DNA from: Eledone cirrhosa
Lineage: Eukaryota
Assembly (NCBI GenBank): GCA_964016885.1
Contig: OZ024740.1
Span: forward strand, 126,108,001 to 126,172,000
Direction of reading: 5' to 3'
DNA: 64,000 bases
Positions 1 through 13,115 of this stretch are shown here, piece by piece. A program made the position numbers and the translations under genes. The notes beneath the pieces were generated by a model. The model was not told the DNA's origin. It did not search any database and saw only the letters and a program-made list of their open reading frames with translations. How positions within the stretch are numbered: the stretch's first letter is position 1; every line of letters starts with the position of its first letter.

Positions 1-3000
1 TCGCCGTCTACTCCCCTTTCGGAGCTGAACGGCCCGACTTCTTCCAGCGTTTGGAGACTTTTCTGGGAACGTCGCGTTCCCTGCTTCTAGCGGGGGATTG
101 GAATGACATCCTGGATGCACGTTGGGACTATGCAGGAGCATGTCCTAATAGAGGGGGTGTAACAGCCTCAAGGGGTTACTCGACCGTTTTAACTTGGTCG
201 ATAGATATCGACTAGATTTTCCAACTGTGCCTACCTGGACTTGGAGAAACCACAGTGGTCAATCTAGATCGTACTTAGATAGATTCTTAGTTAGAAGTAA
301 GGATAGGGACATATTAAGCTGTCCAGAAATGCGCACGGTTGGCTACACGGATCACAAATTAGTGACCTGCGTGGTCAATCTCGAGAAAACACATAGACAG
401 GGTCCCGGTTACTGGAAACTTAATTTGTCTTTACCGGCAAAAGAGACTTACAGAAACCGGATTAGCAGATTAGTTAAGGAGAGGTTGACGGGTGCAATCG
501 TCAACAACCGATGGTGGGCATCTCTCAAAAGAGAGATTAGAACAGAATCAATAAGTTATAGCAAGATGTTAGCTGCCGATAGGAATAGAAACGAGAAAGA
601 ATTAACAGGTAAATTAGAAGAGGCAATCAAGAGCGAAGATGTGGCCAGAGTGCTGGCATCGAGGACGGCCTTGAACCAGTTTTTCGATGCAAAGCACGAA
701 GGCTGCGTCATTCGAAGTAAAATACGTGCTCTAGGTAATGAGGGGGCCAAAGCCGTTGGATGGGCCCGCGTGACAGAAGCTAAGAGTGGAAATCGATCCA
801 CCATCCGGTCGTTGCAAGACGAAGATGGACGAGTGATCCGGGAGCCTAAGCAGATGTGCGAGGCCTTTCAAAAGCACTTTGCCCGATTGTTCGGGGGAGG
901 CGAGGGTCCGGGCCGGGGCGTGGATTTCGGTCCATACCTCGACGGCCTGCCGCGTCTCTCGAACGAAGAGGCAGAGTCCTGCGAGGGACCAATCTCGGCT
1001 GATGAGATCGGAGATGCGCTGAGCCAATGCAGCAGACGCAAATCTCCAGGTCTCGATGGTATACATTACGAACTTTATTTAGCAATGCCGGTCTTCTTCT
1101 CCGAACTCCTCGAAGCGGTCTACTGCAATTGGCAGCAGAACGGGAGAATTCCTTGTTCTGTAGCCAAGGGCGTAGTCACGCTGGTGAGGAAGGACGAGAA
1201 CAAGGGGGATAGTATAAATAATTTTCGGCCCATAACCCTGCTAAACACAGAGTTAAAGATTTTGGCCAAGGTGTTAGCAAAGAGGTTGGCGCTTGTCGTG
1301 GGTGGCCTGGTGGGAGATGCGCAGACATGTGCTATCCCATCCAGGTCCATTCGCAATAAATTCCACCTCATGCGATACATCATAGAGAGGGTTGGCAACA
1401 AACCCGGCTTCGGTGGGGCCCTGATCAACTTGGATCAGTCTAAGGCCTTCGATAGGGTCGACCATGGTTACCTGGATGCGGTGCTAGCGGCGGCTGGGTT
1501 CGGTCCTGTTTTCAGAGGCTGGATCACTGCCCTACATAGCAACCACATCTGTTCTAGGATCAAGGTGAACAGCTACCTTTCGAAGCCGTTCGAAATCACA
1601 CGATCCATTCGACAGGGGTGCCCTCTCTCCTCCCTTCTGTACGTATTGACTCTCGAGCATTTACTGAGGAAGTTGGAGTTGTTGCAGGGTATCCCCCTGG
1701 AACCAGGATTGAGCAAAGCGGTGTCGGCCTACGCCGATGACGTAACAGTAATGGTATCAACCGACTCGGAGATCGAGGCGATCGGTACCTTACTGGAGGA
1801 GTACGAAAGGTTGTCAGGAGCGAAACTGAACCGGGAAAAATCCATCGGGCCGCAACTCGGAACGTGGAGAGGCAAACCGATGCCTCCTGACGGTGTCGTC
1901 GGTAAAGTTGCTTGGGGTCTGGTTTGGACCGGACCTCCAGGTGGAAAAGAACTGGAACGAGGTTACGAACAAGGTGTTTGCACTAACCCAGAAATGGGCC
2001 AAGTGTAAGCTGTCCCTAAAAGGCCGGGCGGAGGTGGCGAACATTTACATAGCGTCCGTCACTTACTACCGCCTGACTGTCGTGCCTTGCCCTAAGGAAA
2101 CACTCACCACCATGGAACGCATGCTCTTCCAATTTCTTTGGAAGAAGCGTCCTCCTATGGTGAGAAGATCCATCTGCTGCCAACAACCTTCGAAAGGAGG
2201 GCTGGGGATGCCGTGGTTGATGATGCGTAGGCACGCATTAAGGCTACGGCACCTACAGGTATTCCTCACTGGTCAACCGGTGTGGGCTCCGTTCGTGAAA
2301 CGAGCCTTTCCGAGACTCGTCTCACTCACCGAGCTACAGTCCTGGGTCAAGCAAAGATCCGGAAAACTGGGAGACTGGCACACTGAGTGTGCTCAGGCGC
2401 TCAGGCGCTCAGGGCTCTCTGGCAAGCGGGCCGGGCCATCGGTGGAGAATCCACCTCATCATTCTATAGAGGGCTGGTGGCTAGCAGGGGCGATGACACC
2501 CTTGGAGAGTCGCTGGACATGGAAGAAGACGAACTGGCCAGCCTGTTCGGTAGGACTTTCGGCCCAGGACCAATGGACAACTTCCAGAAGTCACTGGCCT
2601 GGCAGTGCTACCGGGGGGGCTCTATCCGTTCGAGAGAGGCTCTACAGACACGGGCGCCCGGGCAGGGATCCCTCAAAAAAGATTTGCCCTAGATGCGTGC
2701 GTCACGAAGAAACCGTTGCGCACGCATTGGTGCAATGTCCGGGCGTGGCTGATCTGTGGGGCTACGCCGAACAACTGCTGTCGCGGGTGGCGCCGATTAA
2801 ATTGACCGCCGAGTCCGTGATGACAATCAAACCGCCTCCCCTCTTCACAAAGGAAGCAAAGGCGGTTTTTCTGTGCGTAATAGCCATGTTGAAAGAGGTT
2901 GTTTGGTGGACACGATTGAAAGGTCTGAGGTCAGGCAACTTCCTCTCTGGCCATAGTCTGGTCTACTTCTTCCGATATCACTTCGGAAGAAGGATAAGAA

Positions 3001-3315
3001 TGGAGAGAGAGGTGCTTGGCCACAGGCAGTTTTATGAAAGGTGGGTGATAGCGGCGAGAATGGCTCGTGTAAATGGGCCTTCTCTGTATACCATCCTGCA
3101 GGTAAAGAAGTAAAGGAGAGGGGAGCACCTTCTCCATGTGCTCCCCGGGCAAAGGATTGCACACTTTTTCGGGGGTGTGTGCAACCCCCATCACGTCCCC
3201 TCCCTTTTGAGGTTATTTTCGATTATTTTCATGTTACACCCTTTTTACTCGATTATATGTAAACTCCCCCTTTGTATTTGTCCTTTCTTTTTATGCCTTT
3301 ATGGTAAATAAAGAA
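1..3315 (+). mobile_element. L1/Tx1-clade non-LTR retrotransposon, copy 1 (ORF2 region plus 3' UTR; 5' part outside window)
   Basis: APE endonuclease tail (SYLDRFLV, TDHKLV, GPGYWKLN), RT motifs (KSPGLDG, FRPITLLN, LDQSKAFDRVDH, RQGCPLS, AYADD), C-terminal CPRC..ETVAH zinc finger; ends AATAAAGAAA followed by (TCTA)n. Confidence 0.95.
194..3113 (+). pseudogene. Tx1 ORF2 (EN-RT-zf), frameshifted near 1900 and about 2400-2620
   Basis: ORFs 194-2008, 1893-3113 and 2387-2692 together give a continuous ORF2 protein across different frames. Confidence 0.9.
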
Positions 3316-3432
<117 letters not shown>

Positions 3433-3637
3433 TGGGATGGACACACGTGTGTAACTTGCTGAGTAAGTTTTGCTTACATTTTTATAGAAATTCTTGACTG
3501 TAAACTTTAATTTTTGTACCATTTTGTAGAGGGACTGCCAGGTCAAACTTTGATCTGGTCAGTCTCTCAAAATATTCTACGCCTTTAGGCGAAATAGTTA
3601 CCAAAAGTTTTTTTTGAAAAGTTAACATTTTTGTAAA

Positions 3638-5086
3638 ATGGCTGAAGCTTCTTCACCAAAATTCGAAGGAGGAAAGGGGAAGATAAGCTTACAGCTTCCC
3701 CCTGCCACTATCACAGTAGCAGAGGTCAAAAACAAAGGTCAGCCAGAGGAAGGATTTTCTCCACCTGCTGACCGACAACTTGACGTTGGCATGGCAACAA
3801 ACCAAAGAACCAGCGGCACCAGCAACAACAACAACAACAACAATGCTACGGACGAAAACAACACCAATAACAATAACAACAACAACAAGACCAATAACTG
3901 TGATAACAACAACAATGATAACAACACCACCAACTACAACAGCAACACAAACAAGGAAAATGTTTCCTTCGCCCAGACGGCAAGGAAAACCCTCGACTAT
4001 CTGCCAGTAGATATAACCAAAGCGAAGGAGCTACTGGCAGATGCCAAAAAATACATAATTAACGGAGAAAATGTTGCATTTTCGATCCACTCCCTCCCGG
4101 AACTAAAAAGCCATAGACTCCTAAACACTGTCATGTTTAGGACAATCTCAAATAAAAGCAAAAAACCAGCTCAACCATCACAGAGTGAGATAGAGCTGGT
4201 TTTAAAAGACGTCATGAAAGACATCACATTCATCCAGAAGGATAGACTCTACGGGAGTCTATCCATTCTCATGAAAGACAGGGACACAGCAGTGAAACTG
4301 TCCATAAAACCTATTACATCCACCGCATACACCTTCTACCCTACGTACATGGGTAGAAGGACACAAAAAATAAAAATCCACACCATCCTGCCGATTATGG
4401 ACATATGGTGGGTTTTGACAGGTTTCCTGAACCTGGATGATGACACGCTGGTGTCCATGGGAAAGGCATCGGGTGACGCGTTCAGTGGAACGAGCCTCGA
4501 ACTTGTAGTTCAAATGAGGCCCGAAAGGATCGCCCAGATCCCTGGACTCGTCATACTGGATGATCAAACTTTCATCAACATTACCGTTGAGGGTAGGCGG
4601 CCCTCGTGTTACCTCTGTGGAAAACCCCAATCCTGCCTACACCACCAACAACTGCACAACCACCACAACCACCACAACCACCACTACAAAAACAACAACC
4701 ACAGCTCAAACCAAAACAAAACAATGGCCAACCCCCCCCCCCCACCAAAAAAAAAAACAATTCCCAAAACACCCGCACCGCAAACACAACCCGAAAATAT
4801 ACCCCTTCCCTGTAACGCGGAAGATGACCATCGTTCGTCGTCAGACGAGGAGGAGCACTTCCACACAATCAAAAGAAAAAAAAGAAAACACAACTCAGAC
4901 ACACAAATGAAAACAACCCCTCCCCAAAACATAACACTGACACCAACACAAAAGAGCACACAACAACAGCAAACAAAAAACACCACACAAAAACAAAAAA
5001 CATGCATATACATACATAAACACAAGAAACAAAAAACTGTTAAACATTGTGTACAAAAAAAATTTAATAACAACCCAAGAGCCTAA
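3638..5086 (+). CDS. Tx1 ORF1 gag-like protein (zinc knuckle start CYLCG; probably frameshifted after it)
   Basis: 482 aa ORF upstream of ORF2; YPTYMGRRT..EGRRPSCYLCGK aligns with YPSHMGKRT..EGKRPQCFVCGK in 49014-50315. Confidence 0.75.
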   Translation: MAEASSPKFEGGKGKISLQLPPATITVAEVKNKGQPEEGFSPPADRQLDVGMATNQRTSGTSNNNNNNNATDENNTNNNNNNNKTNNCDNNNNDNNTTNYNSNTNKENVSFAQTARKTLDYLPVDITKAKELLADAKKYIINGENVAFSIHSLPELKSHRLLNTVMFRTISNKSKKPAQPSQSEIELVLKDVMKDITFIQKDRLYGSLSILMKDRDTAVKLSIKPITSTAYTFYPTYMGRRTQKIKIHTILPIMDIWWVLTGFLNLDDDTLVSMGKASGDAFSGTSLELVVQMRPERIAQIPGLVILDDQTFINITVEGRRPSCYLCGKPQSCLHHQQLHNHHNHHNHHYKNNNHSSNQNKTMANPPPPPKKKTIPKTPAPQTQPENIPLPCNAEDDHRSSSDEEEHFHTIKRKKRKHNSDTQMKTTPPQNITLTPTQKSTQQQQTKNTTQKQKTCIYIHKHKKQKTVKHCVQKKFNNNPRA

Positions 5087-5407
5087 CTTCACCCAGGCAG
5101 GGGATTTTCCCCACCTCAAAATGATTAAGGCCCCAAAGAACACTTATAAAACTCTAAAAGACAACTTTAAAGAGGACGTGGGCCAGCCCCTGCATCGGGC
5201 CCATTAACCGCGTCCTCCTAAAAAACTACCCCGCCCCCTTCCCAAACACCCACACAACTCCAAATACCCCAACACACAACACACTGATGCCCCTACACTT
5301 CCACAAACCACCACCCCACCCAACAACCAATCCCCCACCCTCATGAAATTGTGCGGCCCGATACCCGGGACGCAGAGAGGTAAGTGTCTTTTCTCTTCAC
5401 CACCAAC

Positions 5408-8400
5408 ATGGCTATGCTAAGAGTAGGCTGTCTAAATGCTCGTGGTCTGGGCTCAACTTGGAAGCAAGCAATGCTTCTAAATGACCTCAGGTCACAACGT
5501 ATAGATGTGATGGTTATTTGCGAGGCCCGGATCAGCAACGTGCGACAGCTGGCCCCCACCTTTGATGACTTTGAGATGCACGCATCTCTCTGTCAGCCCG
5601 GAGGTGGGGGTGGGGTTGTCGTTCTGCTGCAAAAACATCTGGGTCTCGCAACACAGACGGTACATTTGGACCCGGAGGGTCGACTAGTGGTTCTGGACTT
5701 GGCAGTGATGAAGGCGGAGCGTTTAGGTTGGTAGCCGCCTACGGCTCATTCGGGTCAATGCGGCCGGACTTCTTCCATCGTCTGGAGACTTTTCTAGGGA
5801 CGTCCCGCTCCTTGCTATTAGTGGGGGACTGGAATGGTATCCTAGATGAACGTTGGGACTACGTAGGGGCCTGTCCCGAAAGAGAGGGGAGTAATAGCCT
5901 CAAAGTGTTAATCGGTCGATTTGACCTGGCCGATAGATTTTCCGACTGCGCCAACCTGGACTTGGGCAAATCTCACGCGGATCATCTAGGTCGTAGCTAG
6001 ATAGGTTCTTAGTTAGAAATAAGGATAAGGACTTTTTAAGTTGTCCAAAAATGAGCATGGTTGGCTATTCAGACCACAAGTTAGTGAGCTGCATGGTCAA
6101 CCTTGACAGAACGCATAGACAGGGACCCGGTTACTGGAAGTTCAACTTGTCCTTACCGGCAAGTAAGGCTTACAGGGACCGGATTAGCACTTTAGTTAAG
6201 GAGCGGTTGACGGGCGCCATCGTCAACAGCTGGTGGTGGGGATCTCTCAAAAGAGAGATTAGAGTAGTCTCTATAGAATTTAGTAAGGAGTTAGCTTCAA
6301 ATAGAAATAGGAAGGAAAGGGAGCTGGTAGATAGTGTAGAAGTGGCAATTAGAAGCGGCGACGTGGCCAGAGTGCTAGCGTCGAGAACGGCTCTGGGCCA
6401 GTTCTTCGACGCGAAACACGAAGGCTGCATCGTCCGAAGCAAAATACGTGCTCTGGGAAACGAGGGGACCAAAGCTTTTAGCTGGGCCCGCGTGACAGAA
6501 GCCAAAAGAAGGAGCAGATCCACTATCCGGTCTTTGCGAGACCAGGATGGACGGATGATCCTTGGACCTAAGCAGATGTGCGAGGCTTTTCAAAAGCACT
6601 TTGCCGGATTGTTCGGAAGGGGCGGGGAGCCGGTTGGGGATGTGGACTTCGGTCCATACATCGACGGCCTGCCGCGTCTCTCGGACAGGGAGGCGAAGTC
6701 CTGCGAGGAGCCGATTTCAGCCACTGAGATAGAGGACGTGCTGAGCCAATGCGGCAAACGCAAATCCCCGGGTCTCGATGGTCTTCCATACGAACTGTAT
6801 CTAGCTATGCCAGACTTGTTCCCCGATCTCCTCGAGGCGGTCTACTACAACTGGCAACAGAACGGGAGAATTCCCCGTGCTGTGACCAAGGGCGTAGTCA
6901 TGCTAGTGAGGAAGGACGAGAAGAAGGGGGACGATATAAATAATTTCAGGCCCATAACTCTGCTAAATACAGAGTTACAGATTTTGGCCAAGGTGCTAGC
7001 AAAGAGGTTGGCGCTTGTCGTGGGAAACCTGGTGGGAGATGCGCAGACATGTTCTATCCCGTCCAGGTCCATCCACGACAACCTCCACCTCATGCGATAC
7101 ATCGTACAGAGGGTTGGGAACGAACCTGGCTTTGGTGGGGCCCTGATCAACTTGGATCAATCTAAGGCGTTCGATAGGGTCGACCATGGTAACCTGGAGC
7201 GGTGCTAGCGGCGGCAGGCTTCGGACCCGTTTTCAGGGGCTGGATCAATGCCATGCACAGCAACCGCATCTGCTCTAGGGTCAAGGTGAACGGCTACCTC
7301 TCGGAGCCGTTAGAAATCGCGCGGTCCATCCGACAAGCGTGCCCTCGCTCCTCCCTTCTGTATGTAATGACTCTAGAGCCACTGCTGCGGAAGTTGGAGT
7401 TGTTGCAGGGCATCCCGTTGGAACCGGGATTGCGGAAAGCGGTATCGGCCTACGCCGACGACGTAACAGTAGTGGTGTCGACGGCCTCGGAAATCGGGGC
7501 GATCGGCACCTTACTGGAGGAGTACGAAAGATTTACAGGGGCTAAGCTGAACCGGGACAAGTCGATCGGTCTGCAACTCGGCACGTGGAGGGTCAGATAG
7601 ATGCCCTCCGATGGCGTCGTCGGGCGCTGGACGGAGGGCCCGGTGAAGTTGCTCGGGGTCTTTTCCCAGACTCGTCTCAATCACCGAGCTGCAATCCTGG
7701 GTCAAGCAAAGACCGAGAAAACTGGGCGCCTGGCACACCGAGTGTGCCCAAGCGCTCACAGCTCTCTGGCAGGCGGACCCGGCTCTCAGTGGAGAATCCA
7801 CCTCGTCATTCTATAGAGGGCTGGTGGTTAGCAGGTGTGACGACGCCCTCGGAGAAGCCCTAAGCATGGAGGAAGACGAACTGGACAACCTGTTCGGTAG
7901 GACATTCAGCCCGGGACCCATGGATAATTTCCAGAGGTCCCTGGCCTGGCAGTACTACCGAGGGGCTCTGCCCGTTCGAGAAAGGCTCTACAGACACGGG
8001 CACCCGGGTAGGGACCCCTCGAAAGAGATCTGTCCCAGATGCGTGTGCGACGAGGAAACCGTTGCACACGCTTTGGTACACTGCTCGGGCATTGCCGATC
8101 TGTGGGGCTATGTCGAACAACTGCTATCAAGGGTGGGACCGATCCGGTTGACCACCGAGTCTAATGTAACGATCAAGCCGCCTCCCCTCTTCAAAAACGA
8201 AGGAGAGGCGGTGTTTCTGTGCGTAATAGCCATGGCGAAAGAGGTTGTATGGTGGACGCGTCTGAAAGGACTGAGGTCAGACACCTTTCTCTCTGGCCAA
8301 CAACTGGTCCGTTTCCGATATCATTTCGGAAGAAGGGTCAGGATGGAGAGAGAGGTGCTGCACCCCAGCCGTTTTTATGAAAGATGGGTGAAAGTGGCGA

Positions 8401-8444
8401 GAATGGCCCGTGTGAATGGGCCTTCACTCTACATCAGACTATAG
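5408..8444 (+). pseudogene. Tx1 ORF2 of copy 2, multiple frameshifts
   Basis: Fragments 5384-5734, 5728-6000 (GDWN), 6051-7208, 7202-7600 (YADD), 7824-8444. Confidence 0.9.
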
Positions 8445-8676
8445 GTGAGGAGATGAAAGACCAAGGGAGCACCCCCTCTCTGTGCTCCTGAGGAGAAGGG
8501 TTGCACACTAAAATTATATGATTACGCAAGTAGCGATACATAGGTATTCCGTCTGTTACAGAAACATATGTCAATAACTAATAAATTCCTTTTTAAAAAA
8601 AAGCACTTCATTTTATATTCATCTTTTCTATATATATATATATATGTATATAAATATACATATATATATATATATA

Positions 8677-8854
8677 ACGAAGGAACTGTGGTAAGTAACC
8701 AGGTGGACCATAACGCACCAAAGTACTCAATACTTAGGGTAGTAGAGTGGGTAATAGGAACGAGTAGGACCCCGACGGCTGAGCTCAAGCCGTTTCGACG
8801 GCCAGAATTAGCCGTCGAAACGGCTTGAACTCAGCCGTCGGGGTCCTACTCGTT

Positions 8855-8858
<4 letters not shown>
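8677..8858 (-). mobile_element. Short fold-back remnant of the Hydra-like PLE terminus (partial hammerhead) in (TA)n
   Basis: Arms of about 48 bp at 8755-8858; 8677-8800 matches the PLE end at 15883-16010. Confidence 0.8.
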
Positions 8859-8914
<56 letters not shown>

Positions 8915-8969
8915 GAGAGAGAGAGAGGTAGAGAGAAAGAGAGATAGATAGATAGATAGATAGATAGAT

Positions 8970-9189
8970 AACTTTCTTTTTATTTGCCACCAGGGCATCA
9001 AAAGTGGGACAAGTACAAAGGGGGGAGTTTAGATGTAAAGGCGTCCTCAATATGGAGGAGGCAATAACAAGATATAAAAGTATAAAAATAAAATAAAATA
9101 TAACAAAACAAATGTTGTAACAAAATCCTCAATAGGGAGGAGGTGCCTAGGGGGGTCGCACACACCCCCGAAAATCAGTGTGCAACCCT
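8970..9189 (-). mobile_element. Inverted 3' UTR end of Tx1 copy 2 with (TATC)n tail
   Basis: Reverse complement matches copy 1 3' UTR (TTGCACAC..TTTTCGGGGGTGTGTGC; AAACTCCCCC(C)TTTGTA..AAATAAA). Confidence 0.85.
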
Positions 9190-9190
9190 A

Positions 9191-9316
9191 AATAAAATAT
9201 TTTTGGATTTCATAATACAAAATAATACAAAATAATTGTGTAATATGGATTTATTGTGTAATATTACACAATTATTTTGTATTATTTTGTATTATGAAAT
9301 CCCAAAATATTTTATT
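9191..9316. repeat. AT-rich inverted repeat, arms of about 56 bp
   Basis: 9191-9246 is the reverse complement of 9261-9316. Confidence 0.85.
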
Positions 9317-10220
9317 AAATAACAGAATAGAGCGATCGTTATACTGTAACCATCGCTTAAAATCTACATTTTCATATTACAAACACTACCAGGATTGAAC
9401 GCCTGCCTCCATCTCCGTTTGATTGTCAAAATACATATTAACATTCTCTATTAGTCTTAATTCTATCAACTCTTCTATTCTTTACCATTTAATATAAACT
9501 GCTATAGATAAAATGAGATTTCTTAATTTAATTCCCTAATGAATATACCAGCAGGCTACCAGCATTGTTGTTATTCAGTAGGAGTGAAAATCTCCCTCTT
9601 CCTTAATTGACACTTTATAATTAATACTACTACACCAAACGACCAGCCCAGTCCATTGTTCAGTTGGTCAAGTATAGATTAAAATAGGCACTCTCAAAAA
9701 TTCTTATTTAGATAAAATAAACCATATACTCATTGTATTCTCATTAGAAACCCTTTATATACTTGTTTACCAGTAAATTGAATTGCCATCTGTCATATAC
9801 TATCACCTCTCTTCTTCCTTTATTACAACTAATATAAATACTTCAATTTTAATGATTTTTTCCAATTTATCCAATATCTCTGAAGAAGTGACAACTGATT
9901 ATACATTTGCTATCGAATACTTGCTAACATTATATGATTACGCAAGCAGCGATACATAGGTATTCCGTCTGTTACAGAAACATATGTCAATACCTAATAA
10001 ATTCCTTTTTAAAAAAAAGCACTTTCATTTTATATTCATCCTTTCTACATTTTCTCCGGAATATAATTTATACTCGTTGAGCAAACCTACACGTACGCTG
10101 TTCATCTCTAACGTGACGATATATTATCACTACATTATTGATGACCTGAAATTTTATATATATATATATGTATATATATATGTATATATATATGTGTATA
10201 TATATATGTGTATATATATA

Positions 10221-10645
10221 TAGAAATGGCTTCTACAGGACTAGAACTGTTTCATTCGGGAGAAATCATCAGGGCTTCCTGATGATTTCTCCCGAATGAA
10301 ACAGTTCTAGTCCTCTAGAGCCATTTCTATATTAAATATTTAAACTCTGCTATGTATGTACCTGACTTACTGTGGTTAACCCCGATTGAAACCAGTATAA
10401 ACATATATATATATAAACATATATAAATATATATATATGTGTATATATATATGTGTATATATATATAGAAATGGCTTCTACAGGACTAGAACTGTTTCAT
10501 TCGGGAGAAATCATCAGGGCTTCCTGATGATTTCTCCCGAATGAAACAGTTCTAGTCCTCTAGAGCCATTTCTATATTAAATATTTAAACTCTGCTATGT
10601 ATGTATCTGACTTACTGTGGTTAACCCTGATTGAAACCAGTATAA
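10221..10645 (+). mobile_element. Two tandem copies (245-bp period) of a fold-back PLE-type terminus with hammerhead core
   Basis: Hairpin 10221-10329 containing CTGATGA-TTTCTCCCGAAT-GAAAC..GTC plus a tail of about 70 nt; repeated at 10466. Confidence 0.75.
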
Positions 10646-10682
10646 ACATATATATATATATCATCATTTTCATTTCATTTCA

Positions 10683-10885
10683 TTTTACGTCCGCTTTTTC
10701 CCTGCTTGCAAGGGTGGGACGGGAACTGATTCTGGCTTGATTTCTACAGCTGGATGCCCTTCCTAACACCAACCTCATTTACAGTGAGTGCTGGGTGCTT
10801 TTTTTTCCGTAGCACCTCCACGACCACTTTGCAGTGGAATGATATGGACCCCAGTCTATATCATCTCATTTCTACAGCTGAGTAA
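10683..10885 (-). mobile_element. SINE fragment (cephalopod V/Ceph-type)
   Basis: TTCTACAGCTGGATGCCCTTCCTAACACCAACC motif recalled from common octopus repeats. Confidence 0.5.
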
Positions 10886-10963
10886 ATATATATATATATT
10901 GTTATACTTGGGGAGGGTCATATTTGTGTAATATTGCCAGAATTAATAATATATATATATATA

Positions 10964-11044
<81 letters not shown>

Positions 11045-11877
11045 AATATACAGATAGAGAGGAAGGTTTATAGAAGACATACCTGTATAAATACAGAGTG
11101 TGTAATCTAGGCTGCACCAGCGTCTCTAGAGATATACATATAACTAATAGCAGGCATGTAAATATTCCTGTGAATTCACACATCTTCCCATCTGCCTCTT
11201 CCTCTCTCTCTTTCTAGATATATATAGGAAAGTGAAAAACAACAACAACACAGGAGTACAAGATACGAAAGGTATATATATATATATACTTGGTGTAGGA
11301 TGCTTAAAGCGTCCGTAAGCGGTATACTGTGAGCACTCGATACTCTTACAGAGCAGAGTATAATATCACATAAGAAACGGGGAATCAGTGGTGCGACGAA
11401 TAAGATTTATTAGACATTACATTCGTTTCTCTGGCGACCAGCTCGAGACACAATCGATGCAATGATCAAACCTGACTCTGAAATCGCAAGATCGTCGGAT
11501 ATGTCTCGATTCTACGAAGCAGAGTTTCCAAATGTCCAGTTACACCCGCTAACTTCGCTCGGCAGTATAGATCCTGTTGTTTTTATTCTATGAGTGGTCA
11601 AGAATTGTACACGTCATCGGTATTTGTGGCCATTCACGGCCGTCGTATATCTGATTCCTTTCAATTTGCCACCTGTCAATCAAAGTTGTTTCCTATATAG
11701 GGATTACTACTGTAGTGGGTAAGGGGTTGTATGATTGAACCGGTCGCCTAAATACAGCCAACGTAGCGAATATTAACTATGTGTGTGCACTCTGCACAGT
11801 TGCTTGCAGCTGCATTACTGAAATTTGCCATAGTGAGCTAGACGGTGAATTCATACGAGCGATCATTGTTACTTTTA

Positions 11878-12025
<148 letters not shown>

Positions 12026-12428
12026 AATAATAACAGGTAGACATCATAAAAAGGTAATTTATTCCGAGTGCTTACAAATGTTTCAACAGTAGTTATACAG
12101 CCTAGTCATGCTATGTGCAAATTGGTAATTATTAGTTTGCAGAAACTCAATTTTCAAATGCTGCTTCCACCGTTTCCCCAGAGCCGATTCGTTAAAATGT
12201 AAATACACTTGTATTTCTTAAGGGTATTTACAATTTGAGACACAATCACAAAGGATTGATGCAGAAAATAAAAGGTAATATATATAGAAATCTTCCCCCG
12301 TTATAAGTGCTCTGATTCTTTCACACAACAATGAAGAATATATGAAGAAAAACTATTTCTAAACAAATTTGAACCAACATTTTGCGAAAGTAACCCTTTT
12401 CCAAACTCCTGAGAGACAGAAACAAACT

Positions 12429-12482
<54 letters not shown>

Positions 12483-12490
12483 CACACACA

Positions 12491-12531
<41 letters not shown>

Positions 12532-13053
12532 ACACACACACACACACAGACACACAACCACACTACAAAAACAAACAATATATATATACCTAAAACACTT
12601 TTTTTTCTTAATTACCCGCAAAATATTTCTCTGACTAAATTTTGATCCCATCACACTTATAATAAGACACGCACACTCACACATACATATATGTGTGTGT
12701 GTACTTACCTACACACATACACAGACACACATACACAGGCATGCACAGACATACATACACATACACACAGACACACATGCTCACACACAAACACACACAC
12801 TCATATATATATTTACACTCACACATACAGACTAACACCGTCTAAAACCATATTACTAATATAGAATTTCTTTTACAATCCTATACATCCCCTATAGCAA
12901 TTGTCCCTTATAGCAATTGTCTCTAGCTGACATTTCCCCCTTCACGAACCCCATCTGAACTGTTGACCAGTCCTTTAACATAATTGAGATACACAGAAAA
13001 ATTCTTCTCCCTAAAAATAATTTTGTTCTGTGAAAAGACACGACTATCACCAT

Positions 13054-13115
<62 letters not shown>

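Larger units (their letters stand above)
3433..8509 (+). mobile_element. L1/Tx1-clade LINE, copy 2, near full length (5' UTR, ORF1, broken ORF2; distal 3' UTR inverted to 8970-9189)
   Basis: ORF1 3638-5086; ORF2 starts MAMLRVGCLNARGL at 5408 and is colinear with copy 1; internal deletion of about 0.4 kb near 7660. Confidence 0.93.

Noticed and set aside
556-2269. Antisense ORFs inside Tx1 ORF2, recurring in each copy
   Set aside because: Expected shadow ORFs of a GC-rich coding strand.
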